From assembly GCA_963777605.1 (NCBI GenBank), contig CAVZRV010000008.1, positions 32,001-96,000 of the forward strand: DNA of 64,000 nt, given 5' to 3'. How positions within the stretch are numbered: position 1 is the stretch's first letter; the number at the start of each line of letters is the position of its first letter. The notes beneath the pieces are model-generated. The model did not search any database. It saw only the letters and a list, made by a program, of their open reading frames with translations, and was not told where the DNA came from. The DNA is from an uncultured Acidobacteriota bacterium. GTDB lineage: Bacteria > Acidobacteriota > UBA6911 > RPQK01 > JAPXNP01. The position numbers were made by a program, and so were the translations under genes. Shown here piece by piece: positions 59,402 to 64,000 of the stretch.

Positions 59402-62400
59402 ATGGAACAGCGCAGGCTCTTCATTTCTCATTCCAGCCAGGACCGGGAAGCCGCGCGGAAGATTGGTGAACTGATCGACCGGATGGGCTGTACGAGTTGG
59501 CTGAGTGGGTCAATTCCGGCTCATGACGATTCCTGGCCCGCGCTCGCCGGGCGGGCCATTTCGGACAATGATGCTCTCATCCTGCTCTGGTCGAGGGCAG
59601 CGGCCGATTCCGCTTCAGTCGAATTCGAATGCAGCACGGCCAAATCGTTAAACAAGCCGATCATCGCCTGCGCGCTGGATGATACCCCGCTCAATGCCGG
59701 GTTGATCCCCATGGAGCGCCTTGGGGTCGGGGAACTGGGAGACTCTTTGCCGGGGTTGGTTGCACGCATCCCCGGAAGCGGCCGAGGGCCTGATGAAGCC
59801 ACTGAGACGGCGCTCCTCGACAGCATCGCGTCGCGGGATGGTGGCCCTGGTGCTCCGGAGGCGACGATCGTGACTTCTTCGCCCGGGATCTCGAGAACGG
59901 AATCAGACAAGAGCGACTCGCCCGAAACTTTCGCTTCCACCGGCGAGCCGATGGCTCCGACGTCGGCCTCACTTACGGCCGGAGCGCACATCGGAGCCCG
60001 ATACACGGTGAAGCGGCGCCTCGGCCAGGGAGGCATGGGAGCTGTCTATCTGGTCCTCGATTCCGAGTTGGATCGGGATGTGGCTTTGAAGGTGATCCGG
60101 CAGGAGATCGCTGGTAATCCGGAAATCCTGGAACGGTTCAAGCGCGAGATCCAACTCTCCAGCGTGGTCACTCACAAGAACGTGCTCCGGGTCTATGACC
60201 TGGGGGAGAGTGGCGGCATCAAGTTTCTGACCATGCAATACGTGGAGGGTGAGAACCTGTCCGCGCTGCTGCGCCGGGAACGGATCCCCTGTGCCCGGGT
60301 TGTCAACATCTTCCGGCAGATCTGCGAGGCTCTCCAGGCCGCCCACGAGCAGGGCGTACTCCACCGCGACCTCAAGCCGGACAACGTCATGGTTGACCAG
60401 AACGGGCGGGTCTACCTGACCGATTTCGGACTGGCGAAATCACTGCAGCAGTCGGCCTTGACCCATGCCGGACAAATCATGGGAACGCCCGACTACATGT
60501 CGCCCGAACAAGTAAAAGGGGAACCGGTTGACGAGCGCTCCGACATTTACTCGCTGGGAGCCCTCCTGTACCAGATGCTGGCCGGCGAGGTCCCGTTCCA
60601 CGGCAATTCGATCTTCGAGGTGATGATTCAGCGGGTGCAGAATCCGCCTCGGCCGGTGAAGGAACTCAACCCGGATGTCCCTCCGTTTCTCGCCGAGATC
60701 ACGGAGCGCTGCATGGCCATAGACACGGAGGCCCGCTACTCCTCCGTTGACGGCATCCTGCAGGACCTGGACCGTGGTGCCGCGACCGGTGAAACCTGTG
60801 CCGAGACGCGGCTCCAACTGGGAGAGATTCGAAAGGGGCCCGGAAAGAAGTCGCGGCGCGGCGCCCTGGCGGCTGTGGCGGGATTGCTCCTGGTTGTCGC
60901 GCTCGCTGCGATCTACTTCTTAATGCTCCCGACCGGAACACGGGCGCCCGAGAATGCCGTCCTGCCGGACCGCAAGTACGTGGCGGTGCTTCCGTTTCGT
61001 GTCCTGGGCGACAAGGAACAGTTGGGATACCTGGGAACGGGTTTAAGTGAAGCGATTTCGGCCAAGCTGTTCCAGTTGCGCGAACTCCAGGTAGCATCAA
61101 CATCGGCCGTCGAGGGAGTCGAGGCGAATACTCCACTCCAGAGTGTCGCCCGGCAACTTGGGGTCAGCCTGATCGTTCACGGCACAATTCAGGGTTCCGG
61201 AGAGCGGATTGCCGTGACCGTCAAACTAGACGACATGGAATCGGGAAAATCGCTCTGGGCGAAATCCTACTCGGGACTGATTCCCGATCTGCTGACTCTC
61301 GAGGACCAGATCTATGGTGAACTCCTGAATCAACTTCACGTCAACCCGAGTGTCGAGGAGCGCTCCCGGGCAGTGACTCACTACACCGAAGACACTGAGG
61401 CCTACGACCTCTACCTGCGTGGTCGAAACGCCCTCCGTTCCAGGCAGAACGTCGGAAGCGTGCAGCAGGCCCTGGGCTTCTTCCAGGAGGCGCTGAAACA
61501 GGATTCCAATTTTGCCCTGGCTTACGTCGGGCTCGCGGATGGGAGCCTGGCGATGTATGACGAAACCAAGGGAGGAGACTGGGCCCAACGGGCGGTAGCC
61601 GCGGGAGAGCAGGCGCAACGGTTGAACCAGGATCTTCCCGAGGTCTACTTCACCCTGGGAAGCGTTTATCGGACCATCGGCCGGCAGGCCGAGGCGATCG
61701 CCGTTCTGAACCGGGCCATCGAGCTTGCTCCCAACTCGGACGAGGGTTATCGGCGACTGGGCGCTGCTTTGGTGGGAGCCGGGCGGACCCCGGAGGCACT
61801 GGCTGCCTACCAGAAGGCCGTGGAACTCAACCCCTATTACTGGCTCAACTACAGTGCACTCGGCGGGGCCCATTTCGAGATCGGCGAATACGACGAGGCC
61901 CTCGAGGCTTACCGGAAAGTCACCGAACTGGAGCCGGAAAACGTCTGGGGATATCTCAACATCGGTGCCGTCCGGTTCAGCCAGGGGAAATACGAGGAGG
62001 CGATTCCCGCTTTCGAGAAAGCGCTGGCAATCGAGCCGTCGTGGGACACGTACTCGAACCTGGGAACAGCTTACTTCTTCCTGGGGCGCTACGAGGATTC
62101 GGTACACGCCTTCGAAAAGGCCTACGAACTGAATCCCAACCAGCACGTCGTGGCCGGGAATCTGGCCGATGCCTACCGTTGGTCGGGCCGGAAGGACAAG
62201 GCCCAGGTTCTGTATGACAGGGCGATCAAGCTGGCTTACACCGACCTCGATGTCAATCCGCGGGACGCCAAGACACTGTCGTTCCTGGCTCTCTACTTCT
62301 CGAAGAAGGGAGACTCGACCAAGGCGGCCGACTTGATGCGCCGGGCTCGGACGCTCGACCCGGACAACGTGGAATTCCTTTACCACGAGACCGTGGTCAA

Positions 62401-62587
62401 TCTCCTTGGGGGGGACAAGGCAGGGGCTCTGAATTCGCTCGAAGAGGCGATCTCAAAAGGTTACCCGGTTGAGGCAGTTGAGAGAGATCCGGAACTTGCC
62501 ACGTTGCGCGAACTGCCCCAGTACGAGGCGATTCGATCGGCGGCGGAATCTAAGGAGCCTGCTTCCAACGCAAGTACAGTCCCGTAG
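59402..62587 (+). CDS. TIR domain - Ser/Thr (Hanks) kinase - TM - TolB-N-like - TPR protein
   Basis: LFISHS..D and SVEFE (TIR_2); GQGGMG, VALK, HRDLKPDN, DFG, GTPDYMSPE; TM LAAVAGLLLVVALAAIYFL; VAVLPF; many TPRs; alternative starts 59384/59351. Confidence 0.92.
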   Translation: MEQRRLFISHSSQDREAARKIGELIDRMGCTSWLSGSIPAHDDSWPALAGRAISDNDALILLWSRAAADSASVEFECSTAKSLNKPIIACALDDTPLNAGLIPMERLGVGELGDSLPGLVARIPGSGRGPDEATETALLDSIASRDGGPGAPEATIVTSSPGISRTESDKSDSPETFASTGEPMAPTSASLTAGAHIGARYTVKRRLGQGGMGAVYLVLDSELDRDVALKVIRQEIAGNPEILERFKREIQLSSVVTHKNVLRVYDLGESGGIKFLTMQYVEGENLSALLRRERIPCARVVNIFRQICEALQAAHEQGVLHRDLKPDNVMVDQNGRVYLTDFGLAKSLQQSALTHAGQIMGTPDYMSPEQVKGEPVDERSDIYSLGALLYQMLAGEVPFHGNSIFEVMIQRVQNPPRPVKELNPDVPPFLAEITERCMAIDTEARYSSVDGILQDLDRGAATGETCAETRLQLGEIRKGPGKKSRRGALAAVAGLLLVVALAAIYFLMLPTGTRAPENAVLPDRKYVAVLPFRVLGDKEQLGYLGTGLSEAISAKLFQLRELQVASTSAVEGVEANTPLQSVARQLGVSLIVHGTIQGSGERIAVTVKLDDMESGKSLWAKSYSGLIPDLLTLEDQIYGELLNQLHVNPSVEERSRAVTHYTEDTEAYDLYLRGRNALRSRQNVGSVQQALGFFQEALKQDSNFALAYVGLADGSLAMYDETKGGDWAQRAVAAGEQAQRLNQDLPEVYFTLGSVYRTIGRQAEAIAVLNRAIELAPNSDEGYRRLGAALVGAGRTPEALAAYQKAVELNPYYWLNYSALGGAHFEIGEYDEALEAYRKVTELEPENVWGYLNIGAVRFSQGKYEEAIPAFEKALAIEPSWDTYSNLGTAYFFLGRYEDSVHAFEKAYELNPNQHVVAGNLADAYRWSGRKDKAQVLYDRAIKLAYTDLDVNPRDAKTLSFLALYFSKKGDSTKAADLMRRARTLDPDNVEFLYHETVVNLLGGDKAGALNSLEEAISKGYPVEAVERDPELATLRELPQYEAIRSAAESKEPASNASTVP

Positions 62588-63283
62588 CCCCAAGCCCCAA
62601 CAGACTGAAAATGAGTGAACCGGGCTCCGGGACCGAAACCGTGCCTTCCATCCCGACAGGGAAGCCATTGAAGTCAGCTCAAAAAAGCCTTCATCATAGG
62701 TGGGGGTACAACAATCATCCCCATCGTGGTCATCATGGTCACCATCATGATGACTCGATGTTGTGGTAGCAGAATAACTCACTTGAGCTGCCGAGTTGGA
62801 TGGTGTCACCGGAGGGGACATTACCGAAAAACGTCCAGGTAACAAACCGTCCCGGGCCCCCGTTCGTTGAACTGTATCCCGAGTCAAACGGTGAGCCGTC
62901 ACAAGGTCAAACCCAAACGTCAACAATGTATCGGCCATAGCCGTTCCTACCCCAAAGAAGTCGTCATACGCGAAGCGGATAGTAAGCTGGGTTATCGGCT
63001 TGACCGGTCGACATTCTCAAAAACCAGCCGGAAAATGAGTTGTCCAACTTGTGCGGTGGTCGCCTCGTTTACAAAGAAGATCCCGAGCAGACCCGGTAAA
63101 GAAATCAGAGGTAAGTTCGAGCACTTCAACGGACTCATCAATCGGGTAAGTCCCGCGGCTTGCTCCCCGAACGATAATGCTCGGATCGATCGGATCAGCC
63201 ATCCCCGCAGGCATCAACGAAACGAACAATGCGAGCGAGGCCACAAACCCAAACAGGTTTAACGGCTTGTTTGACAGGTTCAT
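62550..63283 (-). pseudogene. PEP-CTERM protein-sorting substrate with multiple frameshifts
   Basis: Signal peptide ...AGMA-DPIDP at 63283; C-terminus VSVPEPGSLIFSLLGLGATGLYLRWKQAP* (PEP motif from 62633, stop at 62550) lies in a frame missing from the ORF track. Confidence 0.8.
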
Positions 63284-63640
63284 CTTCCTTGGCTCCCCCC
63301 TCCGTCACCCGCCTCGGCAGGTCGTGACATCTGCCACTGGATACTGATCAACAGCCCTTTCATGGGCCAAAAGTGCGAAACGGGAATTGACACAACCACC
63401 AACTACCTCTCCTGATATTCTCGGCGGTACCGGCTGTTCCCTCAAAGAATCAAAATCGGGAGCGCATCAACTGCACCCTGGAACTGAAAGAATTGAGCCG
63501 AGTTTACATGACCCCCAATGTTGCTGTCTACACTATTCAAGAAACGCAACCATTGGCAGACGGCGCTCCGACGAAGAATCTCAAGGGAGCCGGCAGCAGA
63601 AACTCAGGGATTCCAGGGGTGCTCGTTGTCAGACTGACAT

Positions 63641-64000
63641 TCAAGGCTCCCGGGAGGGACTCCCCTTACCGGAGACGGTCTCCGCAACTCGCGCCTCGAA
63701 TTTCGACTGCAGCCGTTCACGGTGACTCCGGTCCCATTCGGCGACATACCGGCCGAATTCGACAGATCCCATTGCCTCGACAAGCCCGGAAAGAACCCGG
63801 TACAGATCACTCCGCTGCCCCAGATAGGTTTGGGGATCCCTGCTCCAGTGAGTCAAATCGGAGGTGATTTCCGGCGGAACCGCCAGAATGGCCTTCGCCT
63901 CGGCTACAAGGGCATCCGAGTCCGGGTCCCCCTTCTGCTCCGTTCGTTCGACAGCCCGTTGCAGCAAGAAAAGGACCTCCCAGTCTTCAATAGCGTCTCG
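63641..64000 (-). CDS. C-terminus of a DUF4091-type (glycoside hydrolase-associated) protein; starts beyond the window
   Basis: Open frame to the window edge; RDAIEDWEVLFLL resembles the R.G.EDYE.L..L motif. Confidence 0.65.
   Translation of the reverse strand, partial: RDAIEDWEVLFLLQRAVERTEQKGDPDSDALVAEAKAILAVPPEITSDLTHWSRDPQTYLGQRSDLYRVLSGLVEAMGSVEFGRYVAEWDRSHRERLQSKFEARVAETVSGKGSPSREP

Noticed and set aside
63350-63372. Sigma-54 promoter for the PEP-CTERM gene
   Set aside because: GG-to-GC spacing is 11 rather than 10, and there is no TTGC.
46602-64000. Genomic island integrated at tRNA-Phe
   Set aside because: No integrase, no transposase and no repeat of the tRNA 3' end seen in the window.
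1-64000. CRISPR arrays, rRNA, IS elements
   Set aside because: No regularly spaced direct repeats, rRNA-like segments or transposase motifs found by eye.

Overview
GC-rich bacterial chromosomal window with about 55 CDS and one tRNA-Phe(GAA). The gene repertoire (Tat-exported oxidoreductases, kinase-TPR protein, PEP-CTERM protein) suggests Acidobacteriota; this is an inference. From left to right: an RND efflux pair; a quinol-site-less, cytochrome c-fused cytochrome bd-superfamily operon; a group 3d NAD-reducing [NiFe]-hydrogenase operon (hoxFUYHW) behind a clear sigma-54 promoter and followed by a receiver/GAF-kinase pair; peptide and carbohydrate catabolic genes (CocE/NonD, CstA, glutaminyl cyclase, GH50, lactonase, Eda/KdgK); two tandem QueD/PTPS paralogues; a KamA-type radical SAM enzyme; iscS-iscU-like genes; hsp20; a SMUG1-type glycosylase; a czcCBA-like metal efflux operon preceded by a Cys/Pro-rich leader ORF; a TIR-kinase-TM-TPR protein; and a frameshifted PEP-CTERM gene. 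No integrase, transposase or CRISPR array was seen. Four genes carry indels that may be assembly errors. The best leads are the complementary-degenerate QueD pair (a predicted obligate heteromer), the TIR-kinase receptor, the czc leader ORF and the heme c-fused bd-type oxidase. All calls come from reading motifs by eye; no searches were run.
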